A program made the position numbers and the translations under genes. Positions 38,659 through 51,049 of a DNA stretch of 64,000 nt are shown piece after piece; position 1 is the stretch's first letter; each line of letters starts with the position of its first letter. This DNA is from Octopus sinensis (lineage: Eukaryota), in NCBI RefSeq assembly GCF_006345805.1, contig NW_021832713.1, positions 1 to 64,000 of the forward strand. The letters run 5' to 3'. The notes under the pieces were generated by a model. It ran no database searches, had not been told where the DNA came from, and saw nothing but the letters and a program-made list of their open reading frames with translations.

Positions 38659-41300
38659 GTTGAAATTTACTGAAAAACAAATGACGAAGACAGGTGTATA
38701 AACAACAAGCAGGTGTATTAGTTTGACGCCCGAGAAGGTGAGAAAGTGTTTTAGGTTTCGAGCCTACGCTCTTCAACGGAAAGGAACACGAGGAAATAAA
38801 CACAGAGAGAGAATAAAAAAAAATTGGGAGTTAGCGGTCAATCATGGCGACGAGTTGGACAAAGGTAGTTAGACAGGAAGGCTAGGAAGAAGGGGAGATA
38901 ATAAAGTACTAGTGATCCCAAAATGAAGGTATACGTGCGTGTATGTATGTGAGAGGTGTAAGTGTGTGTGTGTGTGGATAGGAGCTGGTAACTTTGACGT
39001 GTAGATGTATGCGTGTGTAAGTATGTGCGTCTGTAATGTATGGGCGTGTGGATGATAGCGTGGATGCTGGGAAGTAGTCAGTGTTAGTGTATGCGGAGTG
39101 GTGTGGGATGGCGTGGTGTGGTGGTGTGGTGTTGCGTGGTGTGGCGGTGTTGGGGTGTTAGTTTTGGGATGAGCATATGGTGGTGAGGATGTGAGGGTGG
39201 GATGGGGATGAGGATGTGGAGGTAGGGTGGGGCATGTGGGAGTGGGATGCGTTGGGGTGGATGGGGGTGGATGGAGGAGTATCAATGAAGGGAGAAGGTG
39301 AGTAGGAGTGAAGCGAGGAAGTAGGTGCCAGAGGAGAGGTGCCAGAGGATGGGCAGGAGTGAAGTGAGGTGGTGCAAAGGAGCGAAGAGAGAAGATTAAA
39401 TCTTGTTCACGATGAAGGCGGGAGTCCGGATGGCTCCTGTGCAAAGACAGTTCGAACACAGACAGGTGTTGTAATGAATGACTGGTAGAGCGGAAATGGC
39501 GCGAGACCGGGTCTAATGTCTTGAATGTGCGCCGCGAACCAGTCAGCCAAGCGGCGTCCCGTTTTACCGATGTACAGAGAAGGGTAGAAAGAGCAGTAGA
39601 TGCAGTAAATGACGTTGCTAGAAGTGCAAGTAAAGGAGTCAGTGATATAATAGGGACGATAATGGGTGCCTGTGAGAATGGTGGTGTTAGAGATATAGAG
39701 GCAAGTGCAACAGCGTGGGCGGGAGCTGGGGAAGAACCAGTTTGGGAGATGGGGTTAGGAAAGAAACTGTGGATCAGGTGGTCACGTAAGTTGTGGGCTC
39801 TTTTAAAGGGGTAAGTTGGGAAGATCTGCGAAGTGAAGGGTCGGACATGAGTCGCCGGAAGGCTCGGAGAATGGTGCGTTAGAAGGGCAGGATGGAGGGG
39901 TGGTAGGTGAGGGGAAACGGGAGATGGCAACGGCGGGGTGGGTGCGAGGGGATAAAGGAGAAGCATGGTCCACGGAAGGTGCTGTGGCAAGGGCTGTGTG
40001 GATAGTTGTGAGGGGATATCCATGAAGAATGAAGTGGCGAGCCATGAGTTGAGACTGAGTCTCAAAATCGTGGTTGCCAATGCAGAGCCTGCGCAGACGG
40101 AAGAATTAGGAGTAGAAGATGGAGAGCTTAGTGTGGCTTGCGTGGGAGGAGAAGTTGTGTTTGTAGTGGATGGAGGTAGTGAAAGCAGAGTTGTGTATGT
40201 TGACCGAAATATCGATAAACACGACAGAAGTGTTGGAAATGGTGCAGGAGAATTCCAGGGAAGGATAGAAGGATTGGACAAAAGAGAAGGAACCTAGTTG
40301 TTCTCAGGAGAGCAAGGTCGCACCGATACAGTCATTAATATAATTACCGTATAGTTCGGGAGTGGGACCAGTGAACCTTGAAAATATTTGGGTCCCAACG
40401 TGGCTAACAAACAGGTTCGCATATGGGGTCCAGTCTCGTTCGCATGGCCACTTCCGAGATACGTTGGTAAAACTTCTTCGCGAAGGAGAAGCAGTTGAGG
40501 TAAAGAGCAGACGAAGACATGTCAGGTTGGGGATCGGGTCAAATGTCTAGGGAGTGTTTGACGGCAAGAAATCCTTCGTTGTGTGGGATCACCGTACATA
40601 GACTCATGATATCAAGAGTGAAGAGAAGTTTAGAGGAGCCAAGAGGGAATGAGAATGAGTGGAAAAGATGAAGAGCATGATTAATGTCGTGGATGTGTGA
40701 GGGGAGGGAAGCCACTAGGGGAACAAGGACACGGTCGAGGTATTTTGTGATGAGTTCCGTGGGGCAGTTACAGGCAGTGACGATGGGACGACCAGGGTTG
40801 TTGGGCTTGTGGATTTTGGAGAGGAAGTAAATGGTGGGGGTTTGAGGAGTGCGGACAATGAGATTGAAGACGGTGGGAGGGAGACAGAGGAGGAGATGAG
40901 GTCATGGATAGTGGAGGACACAGTCTGTTGGTATCTAGGCGTGGGATTGGAGGTCAGAGGGCAATAGAAGGAGGTATCTTGAAGTTGGCGGAGAGCTTCC
41001 GCCTTGTAGAGGTTTGCTCCCCACCCCACCATAGCTCCACCCTTGTCGGCCGCTTTTATGATAATGTCTTTGCGGCGTCGGAGACAACGAAGAGCCGAGA
41101 GTTCGGCTGGGGGGCTGTTCAGATGTCGGAGACGCATGTGGAAGCTAAACCGGTCCATTACACGTTGACATATGGCCGCAAAATGATCGATTGCTTGGAA
41201 CTGAACAGGAGCTGGCGTCCAGTGGCATGGTCGGCGGCCCAGGTCGATGAAGCAGTCCTCTTCGTTAGATGCAGGTGGAGTGTTGAAATCGTGAATATAA
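38659..41300 (-). mobile_element. Decayed Penelope-like element (Neptune-like): RT plus GIY-YIG endonuclease plus 3' terminus
   Basis: Across frames: IIIKAADKGG, KIHKPNNPGRPIV, LFTLDIMSL, YINDCIG, RPRCCTC linker, NVIYCIYC..LYIGKTGRRL; many frameshifts. Confidence 0.9.
38746..38785 (-). ncRNA. Degenerate minimal hammerhead motif in the Penelope 3' terminus
   Basis: Minus strand ttt-CCGTTGA-a-gagc-gtag-gctc-GAAAC-CTA-aaa. Confidence 0.5.
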
Positions 41301-41355
41301 TCTGACACGGTGCACAAAGATATGAACGGGTCTGAAATTCGTTATTGGATTGAGC

Positions 41356-41665
41356 GAAATTCTAACTTTGATTTTCACGTTTTATTTACAATCTTGGTGT
41401 TCATGTAATAATGGTGACAGCTATGTTTTACTAATCATAGGCTCCTCAAAACCAGAAAGGAGAAAGTTGCAAGTTGTAAAACATAACTCTCACCACTACT
41501 ACATGAATCTGAAGATTACATAGTTTGATGCATGGAAGTACCAGTTCAATCACAATGGACATTTAATATTCTATCATTTCATTATATCATATTATATCAT
41601 ATTATATCATTTTATTAATATGTTATATCATATTATTAAAACGTGAAAATCAAAGTTGGAATTTC
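41356..41665. mobile_element. Small element with 29-bp inverted repeats (MITE-like)
   Basis: gaaattctaactttgattttcacgtttta / taaaacgtgaaaatcaaagttggaatttc. Confidence 0.5.
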
Positions 41666-41699
41666 TTTGAGTAATATTATTATTCTATATACAATCATA

Positions 41700-42602
41700 A
41701 ACACCCGTGTATACCTCCAACACACAATACACATACAGACACGCACACAATTATACACACATGGTCGCAAACGCACATGCACTTACACGCACACACGCAT
41801 GTAAGCTCACGCATTCAAGCACAGGCACGCACATACATACTGGCACGCACATATACGCTTACACAAACCCGACAAAAACTCCACACACAACCCGCGCACA
41901 CACGCATACACAAATTTACATACACACCCATACATATACATACACACACAATACATGCATACACGCACACACACATACACATACGCATACACATATAGAC
42001 AGACACACACACACGCACACACAACTACACGCACATACACATGTACACGCACATGTATACACGAGCAAAAAAAAAACGCACCTATACCTTTACACAACCC
42101 CTCGTTCACACACACATGCACATACACACAAAATACACACGCACATACTCATACATGTACACACGCACATACACTCACACGCACACACGTGTATATACAC
42201 ACACACACACACGCAAATGAACCCACACATACCTCCCATACACAGCACACACTCATACATACACGCACACAATTATACATACATGTATACACACATTCGC
42301 ACAATCAAGCACACACGCACACATACACATAGTAAAGTACAGTTGCTCCCCACACACAAAGCCCCTTACGCATACACACATACACAGCTCAGTTCAATAT
42401 GTAACCGCGTGTGTATCGTTGGGGATTTTCTTTTTCCGTCTTCCCTTTCTTGAACATTTCCTTTTCCTATGTTTCTGACGAAGAGCTCCGCTCGAAATGT
42501 TAAATCCTCCTTTATTTCTTTTCCTGGGCGTCCAATAACATTATACCTGTACCACGTCCTCGCGTTGTTGTGTTTTCTCTTTGTTCATGCTTGGAGTAAC
42601 TA
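41700..42602 (+). mobile_element. Probable 3' region of a second Neptune-like Penelope element
   Basis: Degenerate CA-rich tract, pyrimidine-rich terminus with hammerhead motif, ends at (TA)n; same layout as 39350-38659. Confidence 0.55.
42471..42505 (+). ncRNA. Minimal type I hammerhead ribozyme-like motif
   Basis: gttt-CTGACGA-a-gagc-tcc-gctc-GAAA-t-GTT-aaat. Confidence 0.6.
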
Positions 42603-42655
42603 TATATATATAATATATTATATATATATATTATATATATATATATATATATAGT

Positions 42656-42913
42656 TATGTGACAATTATTCAATAGCCAAGATAAAACTCTGAGTTTCGG
42701 ATGCCGAGGTGGAAATCCACAACACCATCTCTTCGGTTAATGACCAGATAACCGAAGAGATGGTGTTGTGGATTTCCACCTCGGCATCCGAAACTCAGAG
42801 TTTTATCTTGGCTATTGAATAATTGTCACATATTATTTTACAGATAAATTTCCTCTATTTACATAATATTGAGGTCTCTTTCTTTCTTTTGTTATCTTAC
42901 CGTTTTTACCAAT
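42656..42913 (+). mobile_element. Foldback element in (TA)n with perfect 84-bp arms
   Basis: Arms 42656-42739 and 42749-42832, 9-nt spacer, 3' extension to (TA)n. Confidence 0.7.
42744..42811 (+). ncRNA. Type I hammerhead-like motif (CCGAAGA core, extended stem II)
   Basis: Stem I ccagataa/ttatct(t)gg, CCGAAGA 42752-58, gatg..gtgg-attt-ccac..catc, GAAAC 42790-94, stem III ACU/AGU, GUU 42800-02. Confidence 0.5.
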
Positions 42914-42927
42914 ATATATATATATAT

Positions 42928-43095
42928 ACTGCTGTACTCTTTCGCCACAACTTTCTCTCACTCTTTCTTCTGTTGGCCTGCTCGCTTAGCCAGCGGGGTG
43001 GCGTCATTTAAAGGCTAAAACAATGCGAAGCGCATTGTGACCAGCGATGTGTAGCAACATCTGATAGCCTGGTCGGTCACGGTGATCACGGTGAT
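42928..43095 (+). mobile_element. SINE family C, alternative-tail type, 5'-truncated
   Basis: Matches 51683-51840. Confidence 0.85.
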
Positions 43096-43616
43096 ATATA
43101 TATATACATACACATACGTATGTTTTGGAAATATGGAACCAACATTCCTACATTGTGTAGGAATTAAAATTTGCTATACAGTAGATAGTCTGAATATATC
43201 TACACACAAATGTGAAACTATTAATAGGTGTGAAATAATTATGTTAATGTTAGTTAATGTTATCAATTCCAATGAATGCTTATCTAAATCTAATCAATGA
43301 AATATAACTGTCCTATATTTGTATATATTATGAGCTGCATATACTGAGCTTGCGCAAATGAAACGATAAAAGTGCAATGATGAGATAAGAATATTCTCTC
43401 CAATTCTCTCTCCATTTGTTTCTCTGTCTCCCTCTTTCACACTTTCTGTTACACAGACATCTAGATACCTATACATGTATACAGTATCGCATCGCCATTT
43501 ATTATTTGTTTAGTTGAGAACTCCTAAGACTTACCTAGCCTACCAAATGCCATTTACCGATTAACTCTATAAGGTTTATTCTCTAAATTTGCATTGTTCC
43601 TCAGTTTTATTTTATA

Positions 43617-44011
43617 CTAGCAGTATCGCCCGGCGTTGCTCGGGTGTGTAAGGGAAATAACTATATAAGCATTTTTAGAGATGTAAAATATAATAGCCAT
43701 CTCAATATGGCTAACCACAAAGGGGGGGGGGGGTACTGTAGCTTTTTACGTTCTGAGATTTAATAATTTTTTAGAGAGTTACTTCCCTTATATATGCCAA
43801 AAATGCATTAAAAATGGGAAAAATTGATGATAAATTTTTTTCTAAATCGTAGACTCATCGTAGACGCGCGCTAATACCCAGAAGGGCTCGATATGAATCA
43901 CGACTATAAGATACCCGGTTTTGGTTAAACTGCACCGCAAAATGTGGGAGTAGTTAGGAATCTAAATCGTAGGAGACAGACAGCACACAACCTCACTTTT
44001 ATATATAAAGA
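43617..44011 (-). mobile_element. Non-autonomous Helitron
   Basis: Minus strand A|TCtttatatataaaag ... cccgagcaacgccggg hairpin ... CTAG|T. Confidence 0.88.
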
Positions 44012-44229
44012 TTTTCACGTAATTTCTTGCCTTAATAATTACAAGGGATTGCGGAATTGTTTCTTCATGTCAGCCCTGGTCCAGATAATCATCACCTCGT
44101 TCCTAGACGGTCGAACGTGAAGTTTTAATCTCTATTACATTGCAGTTCTATATTGAAGAGATGAGGAATTATGTACATTATTTACATTATTTTCATTTGA
44201 CGGATATATGCCCCCATCTTGTTTGTTGT

Positions 44230-44450
44230 TAACTCTTTGCGTCATTGTTTGTCCCCCACCACCATTTGACAACCGATGTTGGTGTGTTTATATCCCTATA
44301 ACTTAGCGGTTCGGCAAAACTAACCGATAGCGTAAGTAGCACCAGGGTTAAAAAAAACATGATAAGTATTGGGTTCGATTCATTCATCCTTCGAGCCGGT
44401 GCCCCAGCATGGTCGCTGTCTGAAAGAAGTAAAAGATGAAAGATAAAAGT
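44230..44450 (+). mobile_element. SINE family A 3' half, diverged
   Basis: ttgacaaccgatgttggtgtgttta..cttagcggttcggcaaaa. Confidence 0.75.
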
Positions 44451-44640
44451 CAAACTATTTGTCGAAGACTATAAGGATTCTGCCGATCGATTGTTCTACC
44501 TTCTTACACATTGTGATTAACTCTATGCTGCGCAACGTTCCAGTCAATAAATGCTGTATTTTCTCTGTGAGTTGCTCCCTGTTTTTTTTGTTTCAAGATT
44601 TAGAAATCTAATCATAAGCAAAGTTCAATTCCTTTGTAAA

Positions 44641-45031
44641 AATGGAATGGAATGGAAGCACACCGTCGGTTACGACGACGAGGGTTCCGGTTGATCCGAA
44701 TCAACGGAACAGCCTGCTCGTGAGATTAACGTGTAAGTGGCTGAGCACTCCACAGACACGTGTACCCTTAACGTAGTTCTCGGGGATATTCAGCGTGGCA
44801 CAGAGAGTGACAAGGCCGGCCCTTTGAAATACAGGTACAACAGAAACAGGAAGTAAGAGTGAGAGAAAGTTGTGGTGAAAGAGTACAGCAGGGATCACCA
44901 CCATCCCCTGCCGTGGAGCTTTTTAGGTGTTTTCGCTCAATAAACACTCACAACGCCCGGTCTGGGAATCTGAACCGCGATCCTATGACCGCGAGTCCGC
45001 TGCCCTAACCACTGGGCCATTGCGCTTCCAC
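44641..45031 (-). mobile_element. SINE family C, (TTCCA)n tail
   Basis: Reverse complement of 21214-21600. Confidence 0.92.
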
Positions 45032-46209
45032 TAAAAATACAAAGTATAACGAGGGAAATTTGGCTGTTGTTGATAACAGATCAAGCGTCAGCACAGAGGC
45101 TACCTTGTTGGCTAATATGTCCCACCTCGATTCTAGTGTTGGCAATATTTGAGGCGTATAAGACGGTATCGGTCGGAACATAGCAGCTGCTAGTTCTATT
45201 TTCTCATTGGTATGTCGAAATCTCAGCGCGGTGTGGGCGACTCTAACAACAAATAACTACCCTCGGCGTCCCGGCATATCACATGCAACACTAACTCCTT
45301 TGTGTACTGTAATTATCACGAATGAGAAGAATCTATGCGAGTATATATCAAATGCATTACTAATGTAATATAAGCTGTTCAGTAGCTAACGTTTTAATGT
45401 ACTTATAAGCTGCTGGTTTACGTTCTTACGAGGTTATATCTACTTAGGGCTTTGACATCTGTCATTGAATATTTTACAACTGTCAACAGCATTTGTACGA
45501 TTGAATCGCTAAACTTGGCTCTGTTAGAATACTTGGCTATGTTAGAATACTTGAAATGAAATTTTCAAGATGTGTACTTTGGAAAATATTGTTTCAAAAC
45601 CTTTAAGGATTTTGAAAGACTCGATATACAATTGAAATGTTGCAGATGACAGATGCAGATATCCTCCTGACCTTTCTATTACACATATCCTAAATATGCC
45701 GGTCAATGTACTTTAGACAGGTGGTTAATTGGGAGCAATGACAAATAGGTCGGTGTACATCTCTACCGTTCCTGCTACGGCAGCGGCATATGATAGATGG
45801 CTTCACATCGTTCTGTTACGCGGCGGCGATTCTTGAAATTTGATTAAGAGTTAATTTTACGAAAGCCAAGAACCACATGGAATCTTGTTATGAGTTGTTA
45901 ATTCATTCTTCTCGTGAGATTTACATTTAAAGTTACTGTTAGAAATAGATGAAAAAGTTTGAGCCACCATACCGAAATGTTAATTGTCGATGATAATAAT
46001 AGACTTTAGGCCTACAATCTGTGATGCTGGAGCCAATATTAAACGTTCACATTAAGAATATTCAATTTATGCGTTTGGAGAGGAAAGTAGAGCAATTTTT
46101 ATTTGCATAATTTTTTTTTTTACTTTCCTTCGTACATATGAAGGTGTGTCGAAGAGTAATGCAAATAAAATGTGCATTACTTTTTGGCATCTCCTTCTAG
46201 ATTCTGTTA

Positions 46210-46598
46210 TTCTTTTACTTGTTTCAGTCATCTGACTTCGGCCATGCTGGAGCACTGCCTTTAGTCGAATAAAATCGACCCGAGCATTTCTTTGTAAACT
46301 TGGTACTTATTCTACCAGTCTCTTTTGCCGAACTGCTAAGTTACGGGGTCGTAAACCCACCAGCATCGGTTGTCAAGCAATGTTGGGGGGACAAACGCAG
46401 ACACACAAACACACACACACATATATATATATATACGACGAGCTTCTTTCAGTTTCCGTCTACCAAATCCACTCACAAGGCTTTGGTCGGCCCGAGGCTA
46501 TAGTAAAAGACAATTGCCCAAAGTGCCACGCAGTGGGACTGAACCCGGAACCATGTGGTTCGTAAGCAAGCTACTTACCACACAGCCACTCCTACGCC
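46210..46598 (-). mobile_element. SINE family A, full length
   Basis: Reverse complement of the family A sequence. Confidence 0.92.
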
Positions 46599-46631
46599 TA
46601 TATACTTATATATATATACATATATATATGC

Positions 46632-46686
<55 letters not shown>

Positions 46687-46692
46687 TATATG

Positions 46693-46723
<31 letters not shown>

Positions 46724-47449
46724 TATATTATATATATATATATGTATGTATATACATGCGTGTGTGTGTGTGTGTGTGGTGTTATTGCAGAATCATCAAT
46801 GTATCGGAAAAATACCTTGTGGTATTTGTTCGAATCTCGCCGAAGTCAAATTTACCTTTCACCCACAATTGAGTTCTATAAAATATGATTACAGTAAAAC
46901 AATAGGTCAGGTGGTATCGATGAACCAGCATCCCCCAAAATTGCTTTATCGTGTCTAAAGTATAAAAAAGCATAAAGACGAGGATCAAAGGGGAAATGAA
47001 ATTGTGGAGGGGATGAAGAACAATGGCAGCGAAGTAGTATACGTGTCTATATTCATAAGGCTTGTAGGATTTACTATATCGATAAACTCATGTCGACTCG
47101 AACGTCAACGATTATGATCGTTTAAAACGAATATTGATTTCCCACAGGCGACTGTATTTAATCATTGATTCTTAAAGTAGGCACAAAACGTTAAATTTGG
47201 AGAGAAGAGTAGTCAATCGTCTCGAATCCCGAGCATGATTGCTTCATTATTTTATCGACCCATGGAGGATGAAAGGAAGGCAAAGTCGATTTCGACGGGA
47301 TGTGTAGAGAAAGGGATGTAAGTAAAAACAAGAAAAAGCATTATATTCCATGCTCTAACGATTATGTCATTCCTATGCCTTGTATTTACACACATACACA
47401 CCACTTATGCACACACACACACGAGCGCGAGCGCTAAACAATAATAATA

Positions 47450-47946
47450 ATTTATCGACCTCGAAAGGATGAAAGGCAAAGTCGACCTCGGCGGAATTTG
47501 AACTCAGATCCTAACGGCAGACGAAATACCTATTTCTTTACTACCCGCAAGGGGCTAAACACAGAGAGGACAAACAAGGACAGACAAACGGATTAAGTCC
47601 ATTATATCGACCCCAATGCGTAACTGGTACTTATTTAATCGATCCCGAAAGGATGAAAGGCAAAATCGACCTCGGCGGAATTTGAACTCAGAACGTAACG
47701 GCAGACGAAATACCTATTTCTTTACTATCCACAAGGGGGTTAACACAGAGAGGACAAACAAGGACAGACAAACGGAATAAGTCGATTACATCGACCCTAG
47801 TGCGTAACTGGTACTTATCTAATCGACCCCGAAAGGATGAAAGGCAAAGTCGACCTCGGCGGAATTTGAACTCAGAACGTAACGGCAGACGAAATACCGC
47901 TAAGCGTTTCGCCCGTCGTGCTAACGTTTCTGCCAGCTCGCCGTCT
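47450..47946 (-). mobile_element. SINE family B multimer (head unit, one headless unit, one partial unit)
   Basis: Junctions at 47530/47531 and 47714/47715, period 184 bp. Confidence 0.9.
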
Positions 47947-48227
47947 TAAGCAAGTTTCTTACCACACAGCTACTCCTGCGCCTATTGTTATTTTCTAACA
48001 TGCAGAAAAGCAAAATTGGCAATTCAAATACTCATTCGTGATGAGACCAGAGAAAATTTGCAATAACGATAAACCCCGTTCTGATCACGTGAATATTGCC
48101 GACAAAATCCTACAATAAGAATGCAAATGTTCTAAATGGGTTAATGAGATTAACTCCACTGATTAGTTCCATGATTTACTTAGAACTACAAGGACAACCA
48201 AAACATAAAAAAATAAGAATGAATTAC

Positions 48228-48410
48228 CTATTATATAAAATCAGTTCTGTCTGTCTGTGTGTCTTCTAGGATCTCGGGCATCCTCCATCCGATTGCGCTC
48301 AAATTCGATATGTAGATATCGACGGTATCAGGGGGTTTATAAATCTTGAAAATATTAGAAAAATCGATTCCAGGTGAGAATGCGATCAATAAAGCCGTGG
48401 GAACGTGCAT
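48228..48410 (+). mobile_element. Helitron-like 5' segment
   Basis: ctattatataaaatcagttctgtctgtctg start and ccgattgcgctcaaatt motif; 3' end not located. Confidence 0.45.
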
Positions 48411-49095
48411 TTGTACACGTAAGTACATCGGCTGTTGTGATGTACTTACTGGTACTTTAAACTCTTCGGTTGCATATTGTGTGAATAAAATCGTTTTTCT
48501 TTGGAATAGAAAAAAAAAACCCTATCTTTATTTCTTCTTTTACTGGTGTCTCAAATTTAGGTTAAATCAGTGTTTCTCAAAGGGGAGGCCTATGGGACGG
48601 TCAGACATGTTGTTTTGAGAAAACCTGGTTTAAATGTTTGACTCAGCACCGTCCATTGGATGGGGGGGAGGGTCGTTTTGCTCGTATAGAAATATAATTC
48701 AATAAAATAAAATAAGTATATGAAAAATAACAGTAAAATTTCTCTCTCAGCCATTATCACGTCCAAGGGAAAATTTCTCCCCTTCTTCTACTTCTTAGCA
48801 AACCCTAAATCTCTCTGACTCTTAAACTGAAAACAACCGCAGATGGGAGCAACGGCGGTCACCAGTCAAATTTCACACGCGTGTGATGTGTGTGTGTATA
48901 TATTTATGTAGGTGAGTGTGCGTGCGTATGTGCGTGTGTGTGTATGTGTGTGTGTGTGTGTTTCAGAAAACACAGCCTCCTGTGCTTTCCAAAATGGAGG
49001 CGAAAACCTTTTTCCATATGGTCACCTTGAAAGGGTGTTGAGACACCTAGGATATTTTCCTAATTTTCGTAACAGGAAACCAATGGTAGCCTAAA

Positions 49096-49153
<58 letters not shown>

Positions 49154-49324
49154 TAAATATGAGGGTAGCAAAAAATTCTAGAAAAAATTCTTCGTTACCA
49201 GCGGTCTAGTGAGAAAGAAAAGATAGTCAAAGACTATATAATATACATTCAAAAATATAAGGAATGGCCATAATAGGACATTCGACTCGCTCTTTCTAGT
49301 ATATATATATATATATATATATAT

Positions 49325-49780
49325 AATAAACACTGTAATAATATGTCATAATATTTATTCTCCGATTTTAACCGACAATTTTTAAATATAAACAAATGAC
49401 CGAAAAGTGATGACCTAGCCCCAAGCTGAATCGAACATACAAAGCCACGCTTACACGGCTCCTTGCAAATCCGATTAGCCATCACTTTCGGTCAAATTTA
49501 ATTATTATATACTTAAACTGTCTAATACTGCATATAATATTTTTATAAACAAGCCCGAAAGGCTTTCTAAGTTATGGAGAGAAATCTATAATGGAAGACT
49601 CAGTATAATAACTGTATAATGATATATCATAATAATATTCATCTCCGATTTTAAGCGACAACTTTTAAATATAAACAAATTTAAATATAAACAAATTATC
49701 ATACTATGAGTTTTCCATACTGGGTTTCTCTCTGTAAATTACAAAGACTTTCGAGTTTCTTTATAAATTATTATATGTAG

Positions 49781-49781
<1 letters not shown>
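49325..49781. repeat. (TA)n-flanked element with nested direct and inverted repeats
   Basis: IR 49397-49417 / 49476-49494; IR 49528-49611 / 49696-49780; direct repeat about 49333-49397 / 49611-49680. Confidence 0.7.
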
Positions 49782-49836
<55 letters not shown>

Positions 49837-49981
49837 AGTAAAGAGTAAAAGAGGAATAGGTGAGACTAGAATTGGTAGCATACCATAATAATACTACCGG
49901 CTATTATTTGGGAATTCAAAGGGTGAACCAGTTCTATTTGTACTGTAATACGTTCTTAACGGAACACACCTCAACTATATG

Positions 49982-50058
<77 letters not shown>

Positions 50059-51049
50059 TGTATGTATGTATGTACATGCACACATGCATATACATATGGA
50101 TGTCTGTGCGTGTGCGTGTTTTATGTGGAAGTATATATGTTTAGCCATTAATATGATAATAGACTGCACACAAAACAGTTTACCTAACAGCCAGCGTACG
50201 AATTGTAACAGAAATCGGTTCGTATCTAAAACCACAACTTTGTGTAATGGTCCGATTTATAAACTTTGTGACGAAATCTGAGAATACATGAGAATTAGTG
50301 GGATTGAGGTTTTATATTGCACTGCTCCAGTAAAAAAGAAAAAAATGTGCCGAGCCGCTGAGTTTTTCTCCTCTTTCATTGACCAGATATATTCTGCATA
50401 ACCAACACTTTTTTTTCTGTAGAAATTGATGACAGATTGTCTTATAAGTTCGCTCTCCGGAAATTAGTCGAAAACAATTGTAAAACGAAAAGATATATAT
50501 AAGTTTCAAATTTAGTTAATGGAGTTTCTTCTATAAGAAAAGTCATTATTTTATTTTTTAAATAAATATTGTTTAACTCTATTTGCTTATATATTTAACT
50601 ATTATTGTAAACATGAAGAGTGACTATAATTTTGAATTGAATTGATTTTCGATTAAATTTAACTTTAATTGTAATTCGAATTTAATTATAGACATGAAAC
50701 GTACGTAGATTTGTTTACTTATTATATATTGATTATTCATTTTCATACTTTTTGTGATCTAGTTATATGTTTTATATAAATATATTTTATTTTTTATTTA
50801 TGATGTGGTTTATGTCTATCATTGGTTGAATTGCATAATAGTGCATTTTTTTCTCTAATTTATATATATATTGATATCTAATTGTAAGATACAAGGAGTT
50901 AGGTGTAAGAAGTTAGTAAGCTTCGATTACTCCGTGGTAAGTATAAAAATCAACTTCCAGGACAATAACAGTTTATTGACGTTGAAGTTTGTAAGCTTTT
51001 CCCATATCGAATTTCGATAGGCTGAAAAAAAAAATTTTCTCTAGTCCAC

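Noticed and set aside
38869-40281. 470-aa ORF as a host gene
   Set aside because: Mostly off-frame reading of the decayed Penelope element and its CA-rich tail
38297-41468. 18-bp match aaaccagaaaggagaaag on both sides of the Penelope element as a TSD
   Set aside because: Both copies lie more than 100 bp from the element ends
41707-42453. 248-aa His/Thr ORF
   Set aside because: Degenerate (CA)n translation
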